A DNA stretch of 64,000 nucleotides from Candidatus Xenobia bacterium (lineage in GTDB: Bacteria; Vulcanimicrobiota; Xenobia; Xenobiales; QWHO01). This document shows, in pieces, positions 1 through 7,564 of this stretch. The stretch lies in the NCBI GenBank assembly GCA_045863235.1, contig BTUM01000026.1:21468-85467 (forward strand), written 5' to 3'. The stretch's first letter is position 1. Each line of letters begins with the position of its first letter. Under the pieces are notes generated by a model. The model was not told the DNA's origin. It did not search any database and saw only the letters and a list, made by a program, of their open reading frames with translations. A program made the position numbers and the translations under genes.

Positions 1-2
1 AG

Positions 3-110
3 CCGACCTCCCCCGAGATCGACCAGGTGCTGCAAGAAGGCAAAGCGAGCGGAGAGCCGATCTACCGGCTGGTCACCGTCAAGATGCTGGCCCGCAAGCT
101 CAAAAGGTAA
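3..110 (+). CDS. 3' end of a gene truncated by the window edge, product unknown
   Basis: Open frame PTSPEIDQVLQEGKASGEPIYRLVTVKMLARKLKR* with GC3-rich codons, TAA at 108-110. Confidence 0.6.
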   Translation, partial: PTSPEIDQVLQEGKASGEPIYRLVTVKMLARKLKR

Positions 111-130
111 GGCCTCGACCTGTTGCCAAA

Positions 131-316
131 TTGCACTCCTTCGGCGCGGAGCCCCATCTCTGTCCGGGCTCCATCCTGGCCCGTCAAGAGGCGATGCTGG
201 CCCTGAAAGCCCTGCTCGAGCGCTTTCCAAGCCTGCGGCTCGACCCCGAAGGCCCTTCCTGCTTCATCCATCAAGCCGGAATGCTCGACCCCGGCTCTTT
301 GCCGATTTGTTTCTGA
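131..316 (+). pseudogene. Cytochrome P450 C-terminal remnant
   Basis: HSFGAEPHLCPGSILARQEAMLALKALLERFPSLRL matches a degenerate FGxGxHxCxG heme-ligand motif plus L helix; no N-terminal ~350 aa. Confidence 0.7.
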
Positions 317-407
317 GAACTTTCAGGGTGGCTTGGTAGCCTGGGCTTGACTCGGAAAATGCATGCCATGCGCCGAGGGCGCTGGCAGAAGAGGGAGACC
401 CAACAGC

Positions 408-2702
408 ATGAAGGTGCAGCAGTTCCAGATCGGCGATCTCGCCCTTGATCCCAAGCGCGTCAACGCCCAGACCATCGAGACGCTGGGCAAGCGGGCCAAG
501 GAGCTCTCTGACGTGGAGGGCTCGGGAGATACGGTCAAGCTGCTGAGGAAATGGTACAAGGAAGGCGAGATCAGCGAAGACGAGTACGCCGCCATCAAGA
601 AGTTCGGCACCGCCGCCAACAAGGTCAAAGGCGAGCTGAACGACCAGTGGTGGGACGCCAAGAAGGGCTCGGGCGGCGAGGAGAAGATGGCCGAGCTCGA
701 CGCCAAGATGCTGCCCTTCCGGGTCTTCCTGCATACCCAGTACAGCGTAAGCGACGCCCTGCGCGAGGCCCAGGGGAGAGCCCTGGTGGCCAGCATCGCG
801 GGCGCCTCCTTCGGCCCCATCGGCACGGTGGCCGCCTATGCCGCCTGGAACGACCTCAAGGGCGATGCCGCCAAGGCGGTCATCGACACCATGAAGGGTC
901 TCGAGTCGGGCGACAGCCCCATGATCGTGCCGGGCAACAAAGTGCAGCAGGTCCACCAGGAGAAGCTCTGGCCGGCGGTCATGAGCCTGCTCGAAGAGGG
1001 CCTGGAAGCGGCCAAGAAGGGCAAGCCGGTGGAGGTGGACGCTCAGTACTACGAGCTGACCTCGGCCGACGTGCTGGGCAAGATGCGCGAGATCGCCGAG
1101 GCCGGCGGCCCCCTGCGCGTCAACCTCGACCCCGCCTTGCGGCTCACCTACCCCGACGACAAGGGCCAGTTCGACGTGGACGACGTGCCCCACAAGTTCC
1201 GCTCCATCCTGCAGCTGACTCAGCTGTGCCAGCAAGAGCACCTGAACGTGGGTGTGTCCATGTTCCCCGCCTCCAAGCTGCTGGAGGATTCGGGCAACCT
1301 GATGCACCGCAAGATCCTGCGGGTGGGCGACAAGGTGCTCTTCTCAGGCATGAACGCCAACCTGGGCTCGGGCGAGAACGTGGATGCCGGCTACATCGTG
1401 GAGGGTCCGGCCGCCCGCCGGTTGACCGAGAACCTCAAGCGCGACTGCGAGAACTCGCTGGGCGTGAGCAGCCAGGAGATCTTCGGCGAGAACCACTACA
1501 AAGAGTGGGCCGAGGCCCCCATGGTCATGGGCACCCGCGGCCTGACAGCCATCCTCGACTGCTTGCAAGGGGTAGAGCCGGCCGGCAAGGAGATGGCCCC
1601 CGTCAAGAGCTGGCCCGAGCTCAACGAGCGCTGCGACAAAGCTGGCGTCGACCTGACCAAGTTCTTCGACATCCCCGAGGAAGAGTTCCTGACCCGCATG
1701 CAGGGCCTGCTCGAAGGCGAGAAGCTGCCCCTCTCGGCCCACGGCAAGGAGATGTGCGGCAAGCTCTTCGAGATGACCATGGATGCCATCAACAACGCCG
1801 GCAACCAGAAGCGCGCCGCCGACATCAAGCCACCCAAGGGCGACCCGAAGGGCGACACGGTGGTAGCCATCGCCGACCTGCCCGCCGAGCGCGAGGCGAT
1901 GATGCTGCACGCCATCAGCCAGGCAGAGAAGTTTGTCTATCTGCCGGGCTTCGTGGTGACGCGCGGCGTGGCCGCCGCCATCGCCGCCCGCGCAGAAGAG
2001 CTGAAGGCCCAGGGCAAGACCCTGGACGTCAAGGTCATCGCCGATCCGGGCGTCTATCCCCGCGGCGACACCCCCAACTCGTGGGGCGTCAAGTTCCTCG
2101 AGGACAAGGGCATCGTGCCGCGCTGGGCTCTGCTCCAGCGCAGTGGCTGGCACGACCGCAAGATCCACGCCAAGCAGCTCATCACCGACAAGCACGAGAT
2201 GTTCGGCAGCACTAACTTCTCCAAAAAGGGCATGCAAGACAACTGGGAGACCTCGGGCCTGGTCACCTTCGACGAGAAGGACCCCGACTCGATCCGCAAC
2301 CGCGAGGAGTCGGTGCGCGGCTTCCTGCACCTTTGGGAGAACGAGACCTTCGAGCTCAACTCGATCGACCTGGCCAGCGCCTGGAAGAATCGGGTCAAGA
2401 CCGAAGACAAGCCGGCCCAGGTCGAGGAAGCGCGCAACGGCGCCATCAAGAAGATCATCCAGCAGATCGAGCTGGTGGAGGAAGAGAGTGCCCGCTGGAT
2501 GGAGCGCCAGGCGGCCGACCCCAAAATCGCGAGCCGCATCGAGGAGCTGAAGGCCGAAGGCTACGCCGAGGGCTACGCCATCTGCGACGGCGTGCGCGAC
2601 GTGCTGGGCGACGAGAAGTACTATGGAGAGCTGGCCAAGCTGCCCGAGCGCCAGAAGCTCGAGCAGATGAGGCCCCGCATCCGACCCTCGGCGGAGGAAT
2701 GA
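408..2702 (+). CDS. Large phospholipase D superfamily protein (two HKD motifs), paralog 1
   Basis: MHRKILRVGD..SGMN and IHAKQLITD..GSTNFS; GGGAG RBS before ATG 408; no Sec signal. Confidence 0.85.
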   Translation: MKVQQFQIGDLALDPKRVNAQTIETLGKRAKELSDVEGSGDTVKLLRKWYKEGEISEDEYAAIKKFGTAANKVKGELNDQWWDAKKGSGGEEKMAELDAKMLPFRVFLHTQYSVSDALREAQGRALVASIAGASFGPIGTVAAYAAWNDLKGDAAKAVIDTMKGLESGDSPMIVPGNKVQQVHQEKLWPAVMSLLEEGLEAAKKGKPVEVDAQYYELTSADVLGKMREIAEAGGPLRVNLDPALRLTYPDDKGQFDVDDVPHKFRSILQLTQLCQQEHLNVGVSMFPASKLLEDSGNLMHRKILRVGDKVLFSGMNANLGSGENVDAGYIVEGPAARRLTENLKRDCENSLGVSSQEIFGENHYKEWAEAPMVMGTRGLTAILDCLQGVEPAGKEMAPVKSWPELNERCDKAGVDLTKFFDIPEEEFLTRMQGLLEGEKLPLSAHGKEMCGKLFEMTMDAINNAGNQKRAADIKPPKGDPKGDTVVAIADLPAEREAMMLHAISQAEKFVYLPGFVVTRGVAAAIAARAEELKAQGKTLDVKVIADPGVYPRGDTPNSWGVKFLEDKGIVPRWALLQRSGWHDRKIHAKQLITDKHEMFGSTNFSKKGMQDNWETSGLVTFDEKDPDSIRNREESVRGFLHLWENETFELNSIDLASAWKNRVKTEDKPAQVEEARNGAIKKIIQQIELVEEESARWMERQAADPKIASRIEELKAEGYAEGYAICDGVRDVLGDEKYYGELAKLPERQKLEQMRPRIRPSAEE

Positions 2703-3847
2703 AACGCCTGCTCATTGCCCTGGCGCTGTTGGTGGGCGCGGGCTGCTCGGACCTGGCTGTTCAGCCGGGCGCGGTGCAGGCCGCGCCCCCTTCGGTTGTC
2801 CAGTTGGGCGCACTCATCAATCAGGACCCGCTGGGCGACCCGGATACCCAGGTCGCCATCCAACTGGCTCTGGAAGACGTCAACCTCTGGTCGGACACCG
2901 ACTTCTCGCTGCAGGTGGTGGGCACCGGCTCGGACCCCGCGCGGGCCGTGGCCGGACTGGAAGTGCTGCGCCAGGCGGGCGTTCGCCTGGTGGTGGGCCC
3001 GGAAACCTCCGACGAGCTTGCCTCCCTGATCGAGCCAGCCCGGGCGGCCGGCATCACGCTCATCAGTCACTGCTCCACAGCCGGGTCGCTGGCCGTGGCC
3101 GGCGACGACGTCTTCCGGCTCGTGCCCACCGACGCCAGCCAGATGCGGGTGGTGGCCGAGCGGATGCAAGCGGCGGGGATCACCTCAGTGGCCCTCATGC
3201 TCCGTGACGACATCTTTGGCCAGGACCTCTCGGCCAGCCTCAAGCGCGAGCTGGCGGCCCGGGGCATCACCCTGGCCGGCGAGGTGAGCTATCCGCCCGA
3301 AGCGACCGACCTGTCTGCCCAACTGACCGCGCTCGAGGCCGCCGCAGGCCAGGCGGTGGAGCTGATCGCCTTCGGCACCGATGGAGCCCGGGTGCTCGAG
3401 CAGGCGTCCGCCAGACCCGCGCTGCGAGCGGTGCGCTGGTTCGGCTCGGACGGCACGGCCATCAGCCGCGAGATCGCCACCAACCCGGTGGCGGCCCAGA
3501 TGGCGGTCGATACGGGCTTTGAGAACCCGGTCTTCGCCGCCCCTCAGAACAACAAGACCGAGCGGATCACCGCCCGCATCCGGGCCCGCTCGGGGGTGGA
3601 GACCCCCCACGTCTGCTCTCTGACGAGCTATGACGGGGTGTGGTTGGCGGCCCTGACGGCCCTGGCCCGGCCGGCCGGCCCGAGCGGCCCCGCCCTGATG
3701 ATCACGGCCGACAACTTCTTCGGCGCCTCCGGCTGGACCGAGCTCGATGCCAACGGGGACCGCCTCTCCGGCGAGTACCAGATCTTCATGCTGGAGAATA
3801 CGGGGTCCGGCTTTGAATGGGTCGGCCCGGTGAGAGTGACGATTTGA
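2699..3847 (+). CDS. Lipoprotein, periplasmic-binding-protein type 1 (LivJ/ANF-receptor-like) substrate-binding protein
   Basis: MKRLLIALALLVGAGC lipobox; VVGPETS, FRLVPTD, YDGVWL, GWTELDANGDR motifs; ATGA overlap with the PLD stop. Confidence 0.85.
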   Translation: MKRLLIALALLVGAGCSDLAVQPGAVQAAPPSVVQLGALINQDPLGDPDTQVAIQLALEDVNLWSDTDFSLQVVGTGSDPARAVAGLEVLRQAGVRLVVGPETSDELASLIEPARAAGITLISHCSTAGSLAVAGDDVFRLVPTDASQMRVVAERMQAAGITSVALMLRDDIFGQDLSASLKRELAARGITLAGEVSYPPEATDLSAQLTALEAAAGQAVELIAFGTDGARVLEQASARPALRAVRWFGSDGTAISREIATNPVAAQMAVDTGFENPVFAAPQNNKTERITARIRARSGVETPHVCSLTSYDGVWLAALTALARPAGPSGPALMITADNFFGASGWTELDANGDRLSGEYQIFMLENTGSGFEWVGPVRVTI

Positions 3848-3860
3848 ACGGGAGCAAGTG

Positions 3861-3956
3861 ATGGAAGCGAACTATTTGATCAAGCAGGTGCTGGGCTCGA
3901 CCGTGGTGATCGGCCTGTTTTTCCTGGTGCTGTGGTATTTCCGGAAGGCACGATGA
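3861..3956 (+). CDS. Small single-pass membrane protein (31 aa)
   Basis: MEANYLIKQVLGSTVVIGLFFLVLWYFRKAR*; GGAG RBS at 3851; TGA overlaps the next ATG (ATGA). Confidence 0.6.
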   Translation: MEANYLIKQVLGSTVVIGLFFLVLWYFRKAR

Positions 3957-5542
3957 TCTCCGCCGTCCAGCGGCCCTTCTCTGCCCCTGTTGCCAGCGTG
4001 GGCGACTTCTATGAGCGCTCCCTGCATCAGCTGAAGTCCGCTCCCTACGGCGACCAGAGGGACGCGGTGGGAGAGAAGGTCTTGCAGGAGCTGGCCCGGC
4101 AGCCTGGTCTGGCCGAGGTGGCCCGCGCCGGCCAGCGCTGGGGCCTGGCCCAGGACGACTATGCCCTCAAGCAGCTGCTGGAGATGGTCCGCCAGGGCGA
4201 GCGCGACCTGCGCAAACTGGCCAGCTCCTGCACACCGTTGATGGCGCCCTTCTCGGTGAAACGACAGCAGCTGGAGGAGTTCGCCTCAGACTCTGAGGTG
4301 GGCTGGCTGGGGCGACTGGGCGGCCAGTTGTGCGATGCCACCAGGAGCGAGAACCTGAAGGAAACGATCTGGAGGGATGCGCTCTGGCAGCCGGCCGATT
4401 CCAGCCCGCTCCAATTCGTGTGGCTGCTGAACACACATATGAAGTACACCAGCCTGGCCGAGAAGAACGCCATGGCCGAGCCGATCTTCGAAGCCATGCG
4501 CGAGCATCCGACGGACCGCTGGGTGGTGGAGGCATTGGAAGAGTGGGAGCTGACCCTGGACTGGCCCACTCTCGAAAAGGGGCTCGACTGCTGGAGCAAG
4601 GGTCCCGACGACCTGGCCCGCAAGGTGACTCCCGAGGTGGCCTTTGCGGTGCAACAAAAGCAGCTGGCCCGCCTGCCGGTCGCGCAGGCGGTGCACGCCG
4701 CCGTGACGACGCCCGAGAAGAAGAAGGTTGCCTGGTCGATGGCCCTGAGCGCTACCGAGGAACAATTCGTGAAGCGCTACGTGGGATATCACTACTCCAC
4801 CAGCCAGGCGGAGGACCAGGCCGTCTTCGAGGCCGTCCGACCCGTCCTGCAGAACACGATGTCGGGCCAGCTGCTGGAGCGTTGGGGTCTCACCAGCTTG
4901 CAGGCCCTGAAACTGGCCGTGAGTCAGCCGCAGCCTGCGGATACCTGGCAGTTCGCGCTGGGAGCCACCTCGGCCGCCGACAACGTGGCTCAGGAGCGCC
5001 AGCTGGCGGAGCTGGACGCCCCTACCGGCAGACTGGCCAGCCAGCTCTTTCCCGCCCTGAACTCCGACCAGCGCCATAAAGTCTGGCAACAGGCCGTTCG
5101 AGGCCGCGATTCGGACGAGGACCAGGCGCGCACCGTGCTGCTGGGCGCCCTGAGCGCGGCCGGGGTGAACGAAGGGCAATCGTTGCCCCTGGTAAGCGCA
5201 TTCTGGCAAGATTTCGAGTCCACCAGCGAACAGGTCGCACACGTGCAGAGGCTGCACCGCATTGCGCGGGGGGAAGGGCTTCAGTTTGTTCTGGAGCAGC
5301 TGCTCGCTCGCCCCATCATGAGCGACCGGCTGCGAGAGGACCTGACGGCCCTGCGCGGGCAGGCGGTCGGCTGGGACCAGCTCAAGCCTCTGCTCGAGCG
5401 CATGAAGCAGGAAGCCAAAGAAGAGGACTTGATTCGCCATATGGCTCGCGAGCGCGATCCAGGCGCGGGAATCAAGGAAGAGCCCGACGCGGTGCGGGTG
5501 GGAGGAATTCGTTTGCCCAAGCGAGGGACCGGCGCGGTCTGA
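3953..5542 (+). CDS. Hypothetical helical protein with C-terminal VxVGGxxL motif
   Basis: 529-aa ORF with typical codon bias, coupled start; ends IKEEPDAVRVGGIRLPKRGTGAV. Confidence 0.75.
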   Translation: MISAVQRPFSAPVASVGDFYERSLHQLKSAPYGDQRDAVGEKVLQELARQPGLAEVARAGQRWGLAQDDYALKQLLEMVRQGERDLRKLASSCTPLMAPFSVKRQQLEEFASDSEVGWLGRLGGQLCDATRSENLKETIWRDALWQPADSSPLQFVWLLNTHMKYTSLAEKNAMAEPIFEAMREHPTDRWVVEALEEWELTLDWPTLEKGLDCWSKGPDDLARKVTPEVAFAVQQKQLARLPVAQAVHAAVTTPEKKKVAWSMALSATEEQFVKRYVGYHYSTSQAEDQAVFEAVRPVLQNTMSGQLLERWGLTSLQALKLAVSQPQPADTWQFALGATSAADNVAQERQLAELDAPTGRLASQLFPALNSDQRHKVWQQAVRGRDSDEDQARTVLLGALSAAGVNEGQSLPLVSAFWQDFESTSEQVAHVQRLHRIARGEGLQFVLEQLLARPIMSDRLREDLTALRGQAVGWDQLKPLLERMKQEAKEEDLIRHMARERDPGAGIKEEPDAVRVGGIRLPKRGTGAV

Positions 5543-5561
5543 AGCGAACCAAGGCCGGACT

Positions 5562-6380
5562 ATGCCCTGGGTTGTTTGCGTTCTGGAAGATGATGCCGAC
5601 ATGCGTGAGGTTCTCGCTGACGTACTCGAGCAAGACGACCTCTACTCGGTGCATGCCGCCCCCTCGCCCGGACGGGCCCTGCAGTTGGCCGAGAAGCTAC
5701 AGTTCGACCTGGTGGTGGCCGACGTGCGCATGGCTGAGATGGATGGCATCGAGTGCCTGGCCGAGCTGCGCAAGAACCAGCCTCACCTGCGCAGCATCGT
5801 GATGACCGGCTACGCGTCCGAGGATGCCCCGGGCCGGGCCATTCAGGTGGAGGCGGAAGACTATCTCTACAAGCCGTTTCGGCTGAACGAGTTCCTCACC
5901 ACCGTGCGCCAGGTGCTGGAAACCAAGAAGCAGCAAGCCATGTACGCCGGCCTGCTGTCAGCCTACCACCGCTCCCGCAAGCGGCCCACCCAGGCCGACT
6001 CGCCTGAGGCCTGGCGCGACCGTGTCTTCCGTGCCTTTTACGTGGGAGTGCGCTCGGGCTGGCTGGAACTGCCGGCGGCCCTGGAGGCTTGGGATCGGCT
6101 CGAGCGCCTTGAGTCTTCCGGCGATGACTTCACCGGGGCCAGCTCGGCCGGCTATCAGAAGCTGCTCGACCTGGTGCTTCAACCCGAGAAGCTGCTGGCC
6201 AGCCCCTTCCGGCCCGATCGCGCAACCGCTAAAGAGTTCGAGACATTCTTCAGGCGGGTCAAGCAGGGCCAGATTCCCCCCGAGCTGATCAAGCTAGGGC
6301 CGCTGCTGCGCAAGCTCGACAGCGTTTCCTTGCGCGAGTTCCCGGATTTGAAGGGCCTCTACGACCAGACCTGGGGCTAA
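5562..6380 (+). CDS. Response regulator (REC domain plus unknown C-terminal domain)
   Basis: VLEDD, DLVVADVRMAEMDG, MTGY, YLYKPF. Confidence 0.85.
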   Translation: MPWVVCVLEDDADMREVLADVLEQDDLYSVHAAPSPGRALQLAEKLQFDLVVADVRMAEMDGIECLAELRKNQPHLRSIVMTGYASEDAPGRAIQVEAEDYLYKPFRLNEFLTTVRQVLETKKQQAMYAGLLSAYHRSRKRPTQADSPEAWRDRVFRAFYVGVRSGWLELPAALEAWDRLERLESSGDDFTGASSAGYQKLLDLVLQPEKLLASPFRPDRATAKEFETFFRRVKQGQIPPELIKLGPLLRKLDSVSLREFPDLKGLYDQTWG

Positions 6381-6424
6381 CCGGGGAGTGGACCTTCCGG
6401 CCGCGCGACCCCCACAACCTTGTG

Positions 6425-6799
6425 CTACACTTGCACCACGAGCTCGGGTTTGCCCATTGCCCGCGCCACCGCGTTGAAGACTGCCGCGTCGTCGTGGAAG
6501 CCGCCCGGAGTGAAGTCGGGCTCCTCATCGTCCATGTTGACGTAGTAGGACACCGCCGCCAGCACCCAGCTGCGCTGGGGCTCTTCCTTGAGGGGGAGCT
6601 CCAGCAGGCTCAGCAAGCCCTGGCCGATGCCCACGGCCACGTCCTCGTCGAACTCGGTGGTGCGGGCCGTCTTGGCGATGCGCGAAAGGTGCACCTTGAC
6701 ACCCAGCCGCAGCTCCTCCGGAGTGCGGGTCATGCCCAGATTCAAAATTTCGACGAACGGGGCTTTGTAGGCCTCGGGAAAATCGGCGGGAAGCTGCAT
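6425..6799 (-). CDS. YkvA/DUF1232-like protein
   Basis: AAVSYYVNMDDEEPDFTPGGFHDDAAVF resembles the YkvA Y..xxD.xPD...G..DD motif; start uncertain (ORF extends to 6868). Confidence 0.6.
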   Translation of the reverse strand: MQLPADFPEAYKAPFVEILNLGMTRTPEELRLGVKVHLSRIAKTARTTEFDEDVAVGIGQGLLSLLELPLKEEPQRSWVLAAVSYYVNMDDEEPDFTPGGFHDDAAVFNAVARAMGKPELVVQV

Positions 6800-6821
6800 G
6801 TCAGGCTGTTTGCTTTGCACC

Positions 6822-7547
6822 TCAACTTTCCCTGTCGGGTAGTTTCCAGCTTTCCCGATAGCGCTCATACTCGCTCTGAGGCAGCTGGATCAGCACCGGC
6901 TGGGCATCTTTGCGCAGCCACTCGGCCAGGGACCGCATGTAAGTGGGCGTGGTGGCGGTGCAGCCGGCAGTGCCCGTGTTGGGGCCCATCCAGATGTGCA
7001 TGAAGATGCACGAGCCGGCTCCCTTCACGGGGGGCGAGGTGTTGTGCTCGACCACGATGCCGATCTTGTAGTCGGGGATGAGCATGCGCTCGGCGCTCTT
7101 CCAGTCTTTCACGATGCCCGGCCCGGGTTGGACGATCTGGTTGTAGTAGCGCGACTCCGGGTCATCCACCCCGGCCGTGTCCGAGCGCATCTCCTGGTAG
7201 GGCAGGGTGCCCGGCCCGAACTGCTGGCGCGAGCCAAACATGCGCCTGAGGGCGAAGATGCCGGCGGGAGCGCAGCCGTCCCCCTCGCGCTTGATGCGAG
7301 CACGGTTGGCTTCGACAGGGTGCAGTCCCCGTCCCCAGGCCATGCCTTTGTCGCCGACCACCACGGGCATGGGTGAGCCCACCTGACGCCACGCGCCCGA
7401 TTCGGTGCGCTCCCAGCGGGTGAGAGTGGCCTGCACCGAATCCCAGGCAGGGCTGACCACCAGCAGGGCCTGCCTGGCTTTCTCCAGGTCGGGAAGCTGC
7501 GCCAGCCCGGGCAGGGCCAGGCAGAGCAGGAGCAACAGATTGCGCAT
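6822..7547 (-). CDS. Secreted L,D-transpeptidase-like (YkuD family) protein
   Basis: Signal peptide; KREGDGCAPAG, GSCIFMH..GTAGC catalytic His/Cys. Confidence 0.85.
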   Translation of the reverse strand: MRNLLLLLCLALPGLAQLPDLEKARQALLVVSPAWDSVQATLTRWERTESGAWRQVGSPMPVVVGDKGMAWGRGLHPVEANRARIKREGDGCAPAGIFALRRMFGSRQQFGPGTLPYQEMRSDTAGVDDPESRYYNQIVQPGPGIVKDWKSAERMLIPDYKIGIVVEHNTSPPVKGAGSCIFMHIWMGPNTGTAGCTATTPTYMRSLAEWLRKDAQPVLIQLPQSEYERYRESWKLPDRES

Positions 7548-7564
7548 GGCTGCCTGGTTCGAGG

